64,000 nucleotides of DNA, taken from NCBI GenBank assembly GCA_964406465.1, contig CAYORT010000002.1:58414-122413 (forward strand), given 5' to 3'. The notes below the pieces were generated by a model. That model was not told where the DNA came from. It made no database searches and saw nothing but the letters and a program-made list of their open reading frames with translations. This DNA comes from an uncultured Chryseobacterium sp. Lineage in GTDB: Bacteria > Bacteroidota > Bacteroidia > Flavobacteriales_C > GCA-002722245. Both the position numbers and the translations under genes were made by a program. Positions 37,788 to 48,081 of the stretch are shown here, one piece after another. The first letter of the stretch is position 1, and every line of letters begins with the position of its first letter.

Positions 37788-38633
37788 TCAAAACAAACTC
37801 CCCTGCACCACAACCTTCTCTGCTTCCACTTCCAACACCTCAACACTAATCACATAGCCACTGTGTTTGCGAAGATTAATCACATTGCCATTGCTAAACA
37901 TTAAATACTGTCCACGTATTCCCTGTAATTTACCTTCCACCACTGCTTCTTTATCGAAGCCTACACTTTTTATTTTTTCGAGATATGCCTCTACCGGATA
38001 TTGAATATCGATAATCTTATCGTCGTCATCGGCATATTCCATGAGATCTTCGGGAAGTTTATCTATTAAAGAATTTTTAAGTTTTACTAAATCCACATCT
38101 TCTCCCCTTTCATCCTTCAGCATTTTCTGCCAGTTGGTCTTATCTGAAATATATTGCTTGAGTTCTATTTCTATTAGTCCGGCCAGTTGACGATAAGGCA
38201 CCAAAGCCAATTTTATTCCTTTGCGTGCACCCTGATCAATCCAACGATTGTGCAAATTAGAAGCACGTGTTACACCCACTTTCACATCGCTGGTTTGTGC
38301 GATATATACATAATGTGGAACGTTATGATTTTTCTCTTCCCATTCTACATCTCTACCTTGATGTTCGTGTGCCATACATAGCTCTGGACGAACAATGCAC
38401 TCTGAATTATCGGGAGATTTCAAAAAACAAGGATAACAAAAACCTTGTCCGAATGATTTATTCGTTTTCTTATCACACGCTACACAACGAATTTCATTTT
38501 GAAAAGTGAGTCGAATATTTTTACCAATAAAATCGTTGATACAAATCTTTGAATGGTCATGCTGAAGATAGTATCTAACCGGATTTTGCAACTCCACCGG
38601 CATCTTCTCCAGCTTTCCTTGCCACACCATCAT
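37788..38633 (-). CDS. Conserved hypothetical protein with a CxxC...CxxC zinc-ribbon (DUF2797-like)
   Basis: CVAC and CYPC motifs and conserved His/Cys in ...LCMAHEH. No enzymatic motif is recognisable. Its stop overlaps the upstream DUF493 gene, suggesting an operon. Confidence 0.4.
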   Translation of the reverse strand: MMVWQGKLEKMPVELQNPVRYYLQHDHSKICINDFIGKNIRLTFQNEIRCVACDKKTNKSFGQGFCYPCFLKSPDNSECIVRPELCMAHEHQGRDVEWEEKNHNVPHYVYIAQTSDVKVGVTRASNLHNRWIDQGARKGIKLALVPYRQLAGLIEIELKQYISDKTNWQKMLKDERGEDVDLVKLKNSLIDKLPEDLMEYADDDDKIIDIQYPVEAYLEKIKSVGFDKEAVVEGKLQGIRGQYLMFSNGNVINLRKHSGYVISVEVLEVEAEKVVVQGSLF

Positions 38634-38893
38634 AACGCCACCAATCCGTCAATGTGAGACACTCGTTTGTATCCATGCAACACATCTTCAGCAGAGAATA
38701 CAATCACCAGCACAGTTACACTAACGTAATTCCCTTTAGTAGAATGTTTCTCAGTGATTTCAGCAGTTTCGAAATGCGGCTTTATTTGGTCAACTTTATC
38801 TTTAGGAACGATAAACTTAAACATATACTTAGAAGGGAAACTCATTTGAGTTTCCAACTGTTTTCTAAGGTATTCGTAGCGATCATCACTCAT
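38630..38893 (-). CDS. DUF493 / YbeD-family (UPF0250) small protein
   Basis: An 87-aa protein. FPSKYMFKFIV and STKGNYVSVTV align with E. coli YbeD (FP..YTYKVMG; SSKGNYHSVSI). Confidence 0.75.
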   Translation of the reverse strand: MSDDRYEYLRKQLETQMSFPSKYMFKFIVPKDKVDQIKPHFETAEITEKHSTKGNYVSVTVLVIVFSAEDVLHGYKRVSHIDGLVAL

Positions 38894-40782
38894 TAATAAA
38901 GAACTCTAAACTTAATAGTGTGCTTTATACTTTTCAATTCCTCGATAATTTCCTTTTTGTAGTTTTTATCTACATCGGTAATTAAGTAACCAATCTTTTC
39001 ATCAGTAGCAAGATACTGGCCAATGATGTTCAATCCTTTTTTAGATAAAACGCCATTTACTTTAGCCATGATACCTGGTACATTTTCATGCACATGCAAG
39101 AATCGGTGAGAACTTCCTTGCTCTTGCAAACGAACGTTAGGGAAATTAACACTCTTGTATGTTATTCCTTTATTTACATAATCAATAATTCGAGCTGGAA
39201 CAAACTCAGCAATATTTTCTTGAGCTTCTAAAGTAGAACCTCCCACATGTGGAGTAAGAATTACGTTTGGCAAACCTATTAATTCAGAAACAAACGGTTC
39301 GTCGTTATTTTTAGGCTCTTTAGGAAATACATCCACACCAGCACCAGAAATCTTTCCACTCTTTAAATGTTTTACCAAAGCAGGAATATCAACAACAAAA
39401 CCTCTGCTTAAGTTCACAAAAGCGGCTCCATCTTTCATCGCTTTAAACTCTTTGTCTCCAAAGAAATTTTTGTTTTCGGCGCTGTCGTCGATATGTAAAG
39501 AAACTACATCAGCTTTTTTCAATAACTCATTAAGCGTATTGCATTTTTGAGCATTACCCAAAGCCAACTTCTCCACAGAATCATAAAACACCACTTTCAT
39601 CCCAAGGGCTTCGGCCACAACAGAAAGTTGAGAACCAATATTTCCGTAACCTACAATCCCTAATGTTTTATTTCTAACTTCATAGCTACCCACAGCAGTC
39701 TTGTTCCATTTACCATTGTGCAATTCGGTACTTCTTTCGAATACGCGACGCATTAACATGATAATTTCTCCTATAGCCAATTCTACAACCGAACGAGTGT
39801 TACTGAATGGAGCATTAAATACCACCACTCCTTTTTCTTTACAAGCATCAAGATTGATTTGTTTTGTACCGATACAGAATGCACCCACCGACATCAATTT
39901 GTTGGCATGTTCTAAAACCTTAGCAGTAACATTTGTTTTCGAACGAATACCCAAAATATGAACATCCTTAATTTTTTTGCAAAGTTCTGCTTCGTCTAAA
40001 GCACCTTTCATTGTCTCAACGGTGTAACCCTCTTCCGTGAAAATATTTAATGCGTTTGCATGAATATTTTCAAGCAATAAAACTTTAATTCTGTTTTTTG
40101 GATAAGAAATAGCCATAGGCAATTTATTTAAGTATAAAAATTCTTCAAAACTAGGAGTAATATGGTCGGCAACATCTAAGATGTTCTTCCTTTTCACGTT
40201 TTCTGTGTATGCAAAAAATTTGTTCGCAACACCATCTCTACGGGTAACATAATCACTAAATCCATCACCTATCATGTACACTGTACCTTTCAAGTTCATT
40301 TTTTTCATGCACTCAATCTTCCCGTTGTGTTTCGACAAAGGATTCTTGGTATCGAAGCCCACAATTTTACCATCTTTAAATTTGAAAGTATTGGCATAAA
40401 CTCTCTCGGGCGGTATGTGATATTCTTTAACGATGGGCTCAATAAACTCTTTAAAGCCAGCCGACATTACATAAATGTTTTTAGCATGTTCTTTAAAGAA
40501 TGATTTATTACGAGCTATCGATTTAGAAATTTCTTTTTTGAGACGTTTCACCAAAAGAGGCAAATGCTCCTCTCTCGCTTCCAAAACATCTAATCTTTGC
40601 TTCAAGCCTTCGGTAAAAGAAATTGTACCGTCAATCCCCATATCGGTGATGCGTTTTATTTTCTCAATGATTTCGGCTTGTTTAGGATTTCCTTTCAAAG
40701 AAATTTCGGCAAGCACATCCAATGCTTCCACTTGAGTTAGCGTGCTATCGAAATCGAAAACATATTTACAATTCTCGGGCAT
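38893..40782 (-). CDS. serA: Bifunctional phosphoserine phosphatase (HAD SerB-like N-terminus) fused to D-3-phosphoglycerate dehydrogenase with a C-terminal ACT domain
   Basis: HAD motif I FDFDSTLT and motif IV GDGFSDY. Rossmann motif GIVGYGNIGS. Dehydrogenase catalytic region. C-terminal ACT domain. Start moved to ATG 40782. Confidence 0.75.
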   Translation of the reverse strand: MPENCKYVFDFDSTLTQVEALDVLAEISLKGNPKQAEIIEKIKRITDMGIDGTISFTEGLKQRLDVLEAREEHLPLLVKRLKKEISKSIARNKSFFKEHAKNIYVMSAGFKEFIEPIVKEYHIPPERVYANTFKFKDGKIVGFDTKNPLSKHNGKIECMKKMNLKGTVYMIGDGFSDYVTRRDGVANKFFAYTENVKRKNILDVADHITPSFEEFLYLNKLPMAISYPKNRIKVLLLENIHANALNIFTEEGYTVETMKGALDEAELCKKIKDVHILGIRSKTNVTAKVLEHANKLMSVGAFCIGTKQINLDACKEKGVVVFNAPFSNTRSVVELAIGEIIMLMRRVFERSTELHNGKWNKTAVGSYEVRNKTLGIVGYGNIGSQLSVVAEALGMKVVFYDSVEKLALGNAQKCNTLNELLKKADVVSLHIDDSAENKNFFGDKEFKAMKDGAAFVNLSRGFVVDIPALVKHLKSGKISGAGVDVFPKEPKNNDEPFVSELIGLPNVILTPHVGGSTLEAQENIAEFVPARIIDYVNKGITYKSVNFPNVRLQEQGSSHRFLHVHENVPGIMAKVNGVLSKKGLNIIGQYLATDEKIGYLITDVDKNYKKEIIEELKSIKHTIKFRVLY

Positions 40783-40957
40783 AAAATAAATGAGGGGCGA
40801 AAATAGCGAATTAAGTCTAAGGATTAAAGTATAAAGTATAAAGTTTTTGAACACCTTTTTAAAAGGCTAAAATTTGTGTAAAACGGGCTTTTTTATATTT
40901 TCACCGCACTAATTCAAAAACAAAATTCTTATGCGTTGAATTTTCACTTTCCTATTA

Positions 40958-42766
40958 TTGGCTTTATTGCCATTTTCAGCATTTAACCAATGTATAAGCG
41001 GTAATTGCAGCAATGGTACTGGAGCTTACCAGTTTAGCTCTAGCCGTTATATTGGCGAATTCAAAAACAACAGAGCCCACGGAAAAGGCACTCAAACCTT
41101 TGATGGTGGAGACAAATATGAAGGTGAGTACTTAAATGGGTACTACCATGGTAAAGGGACTTATTACTACCAAAACGGGAATAAATACGTTGGAAATTAC
41201 GCAAACGGTAAAATGAATGGCCAAGGCACATATACTACCAAGGAAGGTGACAAGTATGTTGGCTCCTTCGTTATGGGACAATTTCAAGGCTATGGAGAAT
41301 ATCGATTTGCCAACGGAACCATCTACAAAGGAATGTGGGTGAAAAGTGCTATGCATGGCAAGGGTGTGATTTACTATAACAATGGAAATCAATATGATGG
41401 CACCTTCGCAAAAGGAAAAAAGAAAGGAAAAGGTGTTTTCAAATTCAAAAGTGGAGACATATTTGTTGGCAAATTTGCTAACGACCAAAGACACGGCGCA
41501 GGAGTTCACACTTTTTTCGACGGGGAAAAATATGAAGGCAAATGGAAATTTGATGAAGGAGGCAAAGTATTCGACGAACTATGGGAAATTAAGCACAATG
41601 GCAAATGCAAAGCCGACAACGAAAAGGACGGTCGCCGTCCAAGCCAATTCAATTACAACCTCGATAGTCTAACTAAGGTGATCAATGATAAAATAAATTC
41701 TAATTACAAATTCTCAGAACCTTTATTGAGTAATGCCTTTAGAACTGGTGATTTCGAAACTGCCGATAAGGAGTACACTACATTGTATGAAAATCATCCC
41801 AAGGAATTAAGCATCTTGCTTTATAGAGGACTAATTAGAGAGTTAATGGGAAGACACCGAAGAGCAGCTGCAGATTTCCAAACCATACTTAATAAAACGG
41901 GAAATATTAACGAAATTCTGTATTTGCAAGGAGAAGCATATTTTCATGGTTCTAAAGATACAGCTGGTGCTGCCGCAATGGAAAAAATAATTCTTACCGA
42001 CAGCAGCAAATACAATGTTTATGTTTATCTCGGAGATTTTTACACTACTAAAAAAAGAAATCAAAAACTTGCCGAAAAATACTATAAAAAAGCATTGCAA
42101 CTGATGCCATATGAACTACAAGCAAAGGAAAATTTGTTGGAATGCTATCTTCAATTTGGTGATACCACCAAGGTAAACAATATAACATCTGAACTTGTTA
42201 GAGACTGTGCCGGCGACATTTTCACCACCTTACGAATTGCTAACATTCATAAGAACACTAAAAATTACAGCTCAGCTCTAAAGTATTACAATAGCATCTT
42301 AAACACACCAAACTTAAGCAAAATCATACCAGCAGATAAAATCGAAAAGGCATATGCTTCAAGAGCTTGGGTTCAGTATAAAATGAAAATGTTTAATGAG
42401 GCAAAATTAGATTACGAGACTGCTTTGAAAACCGACACATTAAACGAATCAAACTGGAATACACTTGCCTACATCTACGTACTAGAAAAAAATGCAACCA
42501 AGGCTTTAGAAATAGTTGAAAAATCAATCATTGCCAACCCCAAATATGATTGGTCATACACCACCAAAGCTGAGGCTTACATGCTACTGGGCGATGACTT
42601 CTATGTATACAAGAATTTAGAGATTGCAATGAAAAATGGACTAGATGACTTTTCTTATTTTGAAGAGGATGAAGATCAACTTTATGGAAAATACAAAAAG
42701 GAAAAAAAGTTTATTGAACTAGTTAACAAATACAAAGCATTATTAGAAGAAGAAAGAGAAAAATAA
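40958..42766 (+). CDS. MORN-repeat protein with C-terminal TPR repeats; the N-terminal signal peptide is interrupted by an in-frame TGA
   Basis: At least 8 MORN repeats (YEGEYLNGYYHGKGTYYY...). TPR repeats follow in the second half. The in-frame upstream sequence ATG CGT TGA ATT TTC ACT TTC CTA TTA TTG reads MR*IFTFLLLALLPFSAFNQ, so the true start is uncertain (TTG 40958 or ATT 40940). Confidence 0.6.
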   Translation: MALLPFSAFNQCISGNCSNGTGAYQFSSSRYIGEFKNNRAHGKGTQTFDGGDKYEGEYLNGYYHGKGTYYYQNGNKYVGNYANGKMNGQGTYTTKEGDKYVGSFVMGQFQGYGEYRFANGTIYKGMWVKSAMHGKGVIYYNNGNQYDGTFAKGKKKGKGVFKFKSGDIFVGKFANDQRHGAGVHTFFDGEKYEGKWKFDEGGKVFDELWEIKHNGKCKADNEKDGRRPSQFNYNLDSLTKVINDKINSNYKFSEPLLSNAFRTGDFETADKEYTTLYENHPKELSILLYRGLIRELMGRHRRAAADFQTILNKTGNINEILYLQGEAYFHGSKDTAGAAAMEKIILTDSSKYNVYVYLGDFYTTKKRNQKLAEKYYKKALQLMPYELQAKENLLECYLQFGDTTKVNNITSELVRDCAGDIFTTLRIANIHKNTKNYSSALKYYNSILNTPNLSKIIPADKIEKAYASRAWVQYKMKMFNEAKLDYETALKTDTLNESNWNTLAYIYVLEKNATKALEIVEKSIIANPKYDWSYTTKAEAYMLLGDDFYVYKNLEIAMKNGLDDFSYFEEDEDQLYGKYKKEKKFIELVNKYKALLEEEREK

Positions 42767-42771
42767 TGATT

Positions 42772-44853
42772 CTATTGAAGTATTGGATGGTAAAGAATAT
42801 CATCAATATACAAACTTCTCTTTAGCGATTTATTGTTCCAGAAATAAAGTGCCAGCGTATCGTTGGCACTTTGTTTTTGTGGCAATTCCAAATCAAACGA
42901 TACCTTTTGCCATTTTCCATTAGGCACTACTTTTCCCTTCAAATTTGTGCCTTCCCACCACTTGCCTTTCGATGCAACAAAAGTCATATCGACGCTATCA
43001 TTCGCCAAAGCCATAAAACTAACCTCTATTCTCTTTAAGGGCGCAGTAGAAAATTGAAATGCTTCGCTAAAATCATACTTGTCGTTTATCACACGGCAAA
43101 AATCACCGGTATTCTTGGGTTCACTCACTATGTTAGACGGGCGATAATGTGCATTATTGTATTCAAAAGAGCTTGTGAAAAAGCCATTTTTATTTTGCCA
43201 AATATTCTCTTTAGGATGCTCATTCATAATCAATTCAAATGGCGAAAAATCATGTAATTGAGCATACAAAGGCATTGCACTCATCGCCTGCGCTGGCCTT
43301 TTGAAATTTGTGCAATAAAAGAAATACAATTTCAACTCATTCTCTTCTTCGTAGCGTTCAATATAAGTAGAGTCGACCAATTTCACTGTATCAAAAAATG
43401 GAGATATTTGATCATTACCTCCAGTGATGAAATTATCATGTGAAACAACAACACAATTTTTTCCTAGCATCGATTTAGGATCGAGTAAAAATGCATAATT
43501 GCGCGGTTCATTGGTAATTAACATGAAATCTTTCTCACCCTTAAAAGCATAATCAATTAGTCCCGACAACCACCAAATTGACGCACCAACAAACACATTC
43601 TTATCTTGCATCCAACCTCTCTCTTTAAACTTCTCCTTTACAGCATCAAAACTATAGCAATAAATGGTTGGATCATTCTTTTCTTTGAACGAAAGCGAAA
43701 GCCACTTCGGACCGTAACTCGTCCAAAAACCAGTATTGATATGAACTACCAAAACAGCAAACAACCCAACAGTAACAAAGGTTGTAAGCATCACCGTTCT
43801 ATAAATCAGCTTGCCAAATCGTCCTATTTTCGCATCCAACCAAGCACCAAGCGGAATAAAAAGCATCAAATAACCAGGAGTTTGCCAGTGAAAATGATAC
43901 ACCAAATCGCTCCATAAAGTAACTACCGTAAAGAAAATTATAGTTGGAAAAGTTAAGCATGCTATTAAAACATAAACAGGGTATTTCTTTTTATTCTTAA
44001 AGATCATGAACATCTGTATCACTAATGGAATCCATACCCATGGCAACAGCCACAATATCTGGCCGGCAATACTTCTAAAAAACCAATCCCATCTCAAACT
44101 AGATTCTGTTGCGCCTGCTCTCGCCGATTGAAAAACAAAAGAAATCCATTCGTTCTGTGAATTCCAATATAAAACGGGAATAAAAATGACAAAAGTTATC
44201 AATAATGCTAAATAAGGTCCGTAGTGATAAAACCAATGTCTTTGCCCTTTCTGAAACACACAACACAATAATACTCCAAAAGCTAAAAAGGCAATATTGT
44301 ATTTGCTTAAAGCTCCAAAACCAAAAGAAATCCCAAAAACCATCCACCATTTCAAAACATATTTCGATTTTCTAAAACCATTTAAATCACTTACATCAAA
44401 ATTTGGATAAAACAATTTGTAAATAGCGTAAAATGCCAATAACCAAAAGAATATAAAGACTGCATCGGGCTGAGCAAAAATGGCAAATGAAAGGGTGAAG
44501 ACAGCACTAATATTAAACATTAACACCGAAAGGAATGCGGCTCTTTTGCTTTTGAAAACTTCAAGAGAAACTTTATACAGCAACAAAGTGGTGAGTGCGA
44601 AGAACAAAATAGAGGATATCCTTAATGCGAAGCTGTTGTATCCAAAAATTTTAACGAAAACACCTGAAATCCAGAAGAAAAGAGGCGGCTGATCAAAATA
44701 GCTCCATTGCAAATCCCAAACGCCTCTTGCATAATAAGCTTCACCATTCATTAAGGGATTGAAAGAAAATAAAATTCTAATAGCTGTTGATATTAGCAAA
44801 AGATAAAACAGCCTTTTATCTTCTTTTAATATGCTGATTAGCGATTTAAGCAT
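42772..44853 (-). CDS. Family-39 glycosyltransferase (ArnT/PMT-like polyprenyl-phosphate sugar transferase) with an extra roughly 250-aa C-terminal soluble domain
   Basis: N-terminal multi-TM region carrying the PMT_2-like motif ...GEAYYARGVWDLQWSYFDQPPL. About 11 predicted TM helices. Confidence 0.7.
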   Translation of the reverse strand: MLKSLISILKEDKRLFYLLLISTAIRILFSFNPLMNGEAYYARGVWDLQWSYFDQPPLFFWISGVFVKIFGYNSFALRISSILFFALTTLLLYKVSLEVFKSKRAAFLSVLMFNISAVFTLSFAIFAQPDAVFIFFWLLAFYAIYKLFYPNFDVSDLNGFRKSKYVLKWWMVFGISFGFGALSKYNIAFLAFGVLLCCVFQKGQRHWFYHYGPYLALLITFVIFIPVLYWNSQNEWISFVFQSARAGATESSLRWDWFFRSIAGQILWLLPWVWIPLVIQMFMIFKNKKKYPVYVLIACLTFPTIIFFTVVTLWSDLVYHFHWQTPGYLMLFIPLGAWLDAKIGRFGKLIYRTVMLTTFVTVGLFAVLVVHINTGFWTSYGPKWLSLSFKEKNDPTIYCYSFDAVKEKFKERGWMQDKNVFVGASIWWLSGLIDYAFKGEKDFMLITNEPRNYAFLLDPKSMLGKNCVVVSHDNFITGGNDQISPFFDTVKLVDSTYIERYEEENELKLYFFYCTNFKRPAQAMSAMPLYAQLHDFSPFELIMNEHPKENIWQNKNGFFTSSFEYNNAHYRPSNIVSEPKNTGDFCRVINDKYDFSEAFQFSTAPLKRIEVSFMALANDSVDMTFVASKGKWWEGTNLKGKVVPNGKWQKVSFDLELPQKQSANDTLALYFWNNKSLKRSLYIDDILYHPILQ

Positions 44854-46720
44854 ACTCGGCTAATTCCATCCAACGCATAGTTTTTTCGTCAAGTGCGGTA
44901 GATATCTTAGCCAATTCTACCGAACGCTGATTGAACTCATCTCCGCTCAATTTACCAGATGAAAACTCTTCACTAATAGCTAATTGCTGTTTCTCTAGTT
45001 CACTTATTTCTTTCTCTAATTTCTCAAACTCTTGGCGCTCTTTATAACTTAATTTTTTCTTCTCTTTGGGCACTTCAGGTTCTTCAATTTTTACCTTCTC
45101 CTTCTCTCGCTTAACTTCTTCAACGGCAAGTGCAGCTTTCATGCTTTTCTGTTCGCGAAATTGAGAATAATTGCCCGGAAAATCTTGAATTTCACCATTG
45201 CCTCTAAACACAAAAAGATGGTCAACCACGCTATCTAAGAAAAACCTATCATGAGAAACCACAATAACACAACCTTCAAAATCCATCAAAAACTCTTCTA
45301 AAGCCGCCAAAGTATTTAAATCTAAATCATTGGTAGGCTCATCTAAAATCAAAAAATTAGGATTTTGAATCAGAATTGAAACCAACTGTAAACGTTTTCT
45401 CTCACCACCACTCAAACTCTCTACATATGCTGTTTGCTTTTTTAAATCAAATTGAAATTTCACCAACAATTGAGAAATCGACATCGTTCTACCTCCACTC
45501 ATCTTCACTTCATCGGCATAATCACGCAGGGAGTCAATTACTCTTTGTCCGGGCTTTGCTGTCTCTAACTTCTGAGAATAATACCCAATCTTAACGGTAT
45601 GCCCCACTTCAATCCGACCCGAAGTTGGTTCTTCTAAAGATTTGATCATGTTTAGCAAAGTACTCTTCCCCGAACCATTTCTTCCAATGATACCTACTTT
45701 TTCTTCTTTTTTGAACACATAAGAAAACTGCTTAATTATCTCTCTATCTCCATAGCTTTTGCTCACATTGTGCAGTTCTAGAACCTTTTTTCCAATTCTA
45801 CTCACATGACTTTCAATGGAAATTTTCCTTTCTTCCTTGTATGAAAATGCTTTATCTCGAATTTCTTCAACAGCATCAATTCTATACTTTGCCTTAGTAG
45901 TTCTTGCTTTAGGCATTCTACCTAGCCACTCCACTTCTTTTTTCAAAAGGTTTTTAGCTTTTGCCGCAACAGTCTTTGCATTATGGATACGCTCTTCCCT
46001 TTTGGTTAAAAAATATTCGTAATTTCCAGCGTATTCGTAAATCGTACCTTGATCTAACTCGATAATTCTATTGCAAACATTATCTAAGAAATATCTATCA
46101 TGGGTGATCACCAACATGGTAATTTCCGGACGAGTCATGTATTTTTCTAACCACTCCACCATCTCCAAATCAAGGTGATTGGTTGGCTCATCTAGCAACA
46201 AAAATTCTGGCTCTTCAATTAAAACCTTTGCTAATGCTAAGCGACGCTTTTCACCTCCCGACATGTTAGTGGTAACTTGCGACGGATTGTTTAAATTCAA
46301 ACTGGTGAGAATTTCCTGAATTTTTGCCTCAGTATCCCAGGCATGAGATTTTTCTATCTCATCTAACACTTTTTGCATGGTAGCATTATCACTAACACCA
46401 TCATCAAGCATTTTTTGATACTTCTGAATCAATAAAATTCTAGGATTCTTCGAATCATAAATATATTCTTGAATGGTTTGTCCGCTAACAAAATTAGGTT
46501 CTTGCTCCAACCACCCCATTTTTATTCCATCGCGAAAAACCACATTGCCTTCATCGTGCAATATCTGCCCCATCAAAATTTTAAAGATCGTACTCTTTCC
46601 CGCTCCATTCTTGGCAATTAAAGCAACTCTATCGCCCTTACTTAATCCAAAAGATACTCCTTCAAAGAGCACTCGCTCATCAAAAGCTTTTGAAATATTT
46701 TCTACACTTAAGTAATTCAT
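44846..46720 (-). CDS. ABC-F family ATPase with two ABC cassettes (EttA/Uup-like translation factor)
   Basis: Two Walker A motifs (GKNGAGKST, GRNGSGKST). Two LSGGE signature motifs. Charged coiled-coil C-terminus. Confidence 0.85.
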   Translation of the reverse strand: MNYLSVENISKAFDERVLFEGVSFGLSKGDRVALIAKNGAGKSTIFKILMGQILHDEGNVVFRDGIKMGWLEQEPNFVSGQTIQEYIYDSKNPRILLIQKYQKMLDDGVSDNATMQKVLDEIEKSHAWDTEAKIQEILTSLNLNNPSQVTTNMSGGEKRRLALAKVLIEEPEFLLLDEPTNHLDLEMVEWLEKYMTRPEITMLVITHDRYFLDNVCNRIIELDQGTIYEYAGNYEYFLTKREERIHNAKTVAAKAKNLLKKEVEWLGRMPKARTTKAKYRIDAVEEIRDKAFSYKEERKISIESHVSRIGKKVLELHNVSKSYGDREIIKQFSYVFKKEEKVGIIGRNGSGKSTLLNMIKSLEEPTSGRIEVGHTVKIGYYSQKLETAKPGQRVIDSLRDYADEVKMSGGRTMSISQLLVKFQFDLKKQTAYVESLSGGERKRLQLVSILIQNPNFLILDEPTNDLDLNTLAALEEFLMDFEGCVIVVSHDRFFLDSVVDHLFVFRGNGEIQDFPGNYSQFREQKSMKAALAVEEVKREKEKVKIEEPEVPKEKKKLSYKERQEFEKLEKEISELEKQQLAISEEFSSGKLSGDEFNQRSVELAKISTALDEKTMRWMELAEYA

Positions 46721-46832
46721 TCGGCAAAAATAAGTTTTTGTTAGGAGAATGCTAAATTGTTAAAATAGCAAAAGGATAACTGCATTTTTACCAATTTCAT
46801 CATTAATAAAATATCTTTGGCAAAATTGAAAA

Positions 46833-48080
46833 ATGGATCACAGTAAATTTATTCTCTTCTTTTTGATGATTGCAGCTATTTTGACCGCTGCAGACATCTA
46901 CTTCTATTTTGGAATAAAATCAAGATTATCAAAAAAATGGAGGATAGTATATCTTACAATAAGCAGTATATCATTCGCCTTTATAATGTTTGGTTCTTAC
47001 TCGTATTTTACCGGCCAGCGCAGCAGCATTTTTGTTAGAACCTATTTATGGGGCTCATTTATGTTCATTTATTTATCAAAATTGCTTGGCTGTTTGTGGA
47101 TTATTGCAGATGATCTTAGAAGGCTATTTATCTGGACCAAAGCCAAAGTTACCGCCGATAAAGAAACAACCAAAGATGGAATAACCCGCAAAAAATTTCT
47201 TCAAATGGGTGCTCTCGGCACCTTTGGCATCTTTGCATCAACCTTCTTTTATGGCATGCTAAAAGGTGGCTACAACTACACCGTTCAATATGTTAATTTG
47301 AAACTTAAAAATCTGCCCAAAAATTTTGAAGGACTTAAAATCGTGCAAATTTCCGATCAACATGTTGGAAGCTTTTTGAGCTCTGAACCACTGGAAGAAG
47401 CCTATGCCATGATTAATGAACTAAAGCCCGACCTAATATTTTTTACGGGTGATTTAGTGAACGACATCACAGAAGAAGCCCTGCCACACACCGAATCATT
47501 TAAAAAACTAAAAGCTAAATATGGCGTGTTTTCCATCCTTGGAAACCATGATTACGGAGACTACTTCTATCAACCCAACGATCCTGATTACGAAAAAAAT
47601 AAAGCCCACAACAAGGAGTTGATGAAGAAAATACATAAAGATGCAGGCTGGGACTTACTATTAAATGAAAACAGAACTTTAGAAATTGGAGGAGAAAAAA
47701 TCACCATCATTGGTGTTGAAAATTGGGGCGACGGTAGATTCGCCAAATACGGTGATATAGCCAAGGCTTATGAAGGTGTTGATAAAGATTCAGTTCAATT
47801 GTTACTCTCTCACGACCCTTCTCATTGGGACGCTCAAATCATTAAAGATTACCCTAATATTGATTGTACTTTTTCGGGACACACGCACGGAATGCAATTC
47901 GGTATTGAAACCAAGTACTTTAAATTCTCTCCGGTACAATGGAGATATGCTCAGTGGGCCGGACTCTATGAAAAAGGATCTCAGCAGATTTATGTTAATA
48001 GAGGTTTAGGATTCGTTGGATATCCTGGCAGAGTTGGCATCTCCCCTGAAATTAGTTTAATTACTCTAAGCAGAGCTTAA
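46833..48080 (+). CDS. Membrane-anchored calcineurin-like metallophosphoesterase (YkuE-like)
   Basis: N-terminal TM helices. Motifs GDLVND and GNHDY. A TATCTTTG -7-like box lies about 14 nt upstream of the ATG. Confidence 0.8.
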   Translation: MDHSKFILFFLMIAAILTAADIYFYFGIKSRLSKKWRIVYLTISSISFAFIMFGSYSYFTGQRSSIFVRTYLWGSFMFIYLSKLLGCLWIIADDLRRLFIWTKAKVTADKETTKDGITRKKFLQMGALGTFGIFASTFFYGMLKGGYNYTVQYVNLKLKNLPKNFEGLKIVQISDQHVGSFLSSEPLEEAYAMINELKPDLIFFTGDLVNDITEEALPHTESFKKLKAKYGVFSILGNHDYGDYFYQPNDPDYEKNKAHNKELMKKIHKDAGWDLLLNENRTLEIGGEKITIIGVENWGDGRFAKYGDIAKAYEGVDKDSVQLLLSHDPSHWDAQIIKDYPNIDCTFSGHTHGMQFGIETKYFKFSPVQWRYAQWAGLYEKGSQQIYVNRGLGFVGYPGRVGISPEISLITLSRA

Positions 48081-48081
48081 G

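Noticed and set aside
40937-40939. The in-frame TGA in the MORN gene leader read as selenocysteine or genetic-code-4 tryptophan
   Set aside because: No other in-frame TGA appears in any well-conserved gene in the window, so a reassigned code is unlikely. There is no basis for Sec in a signal peptide. A nonsense mutation or alternative start is more parsimonious.
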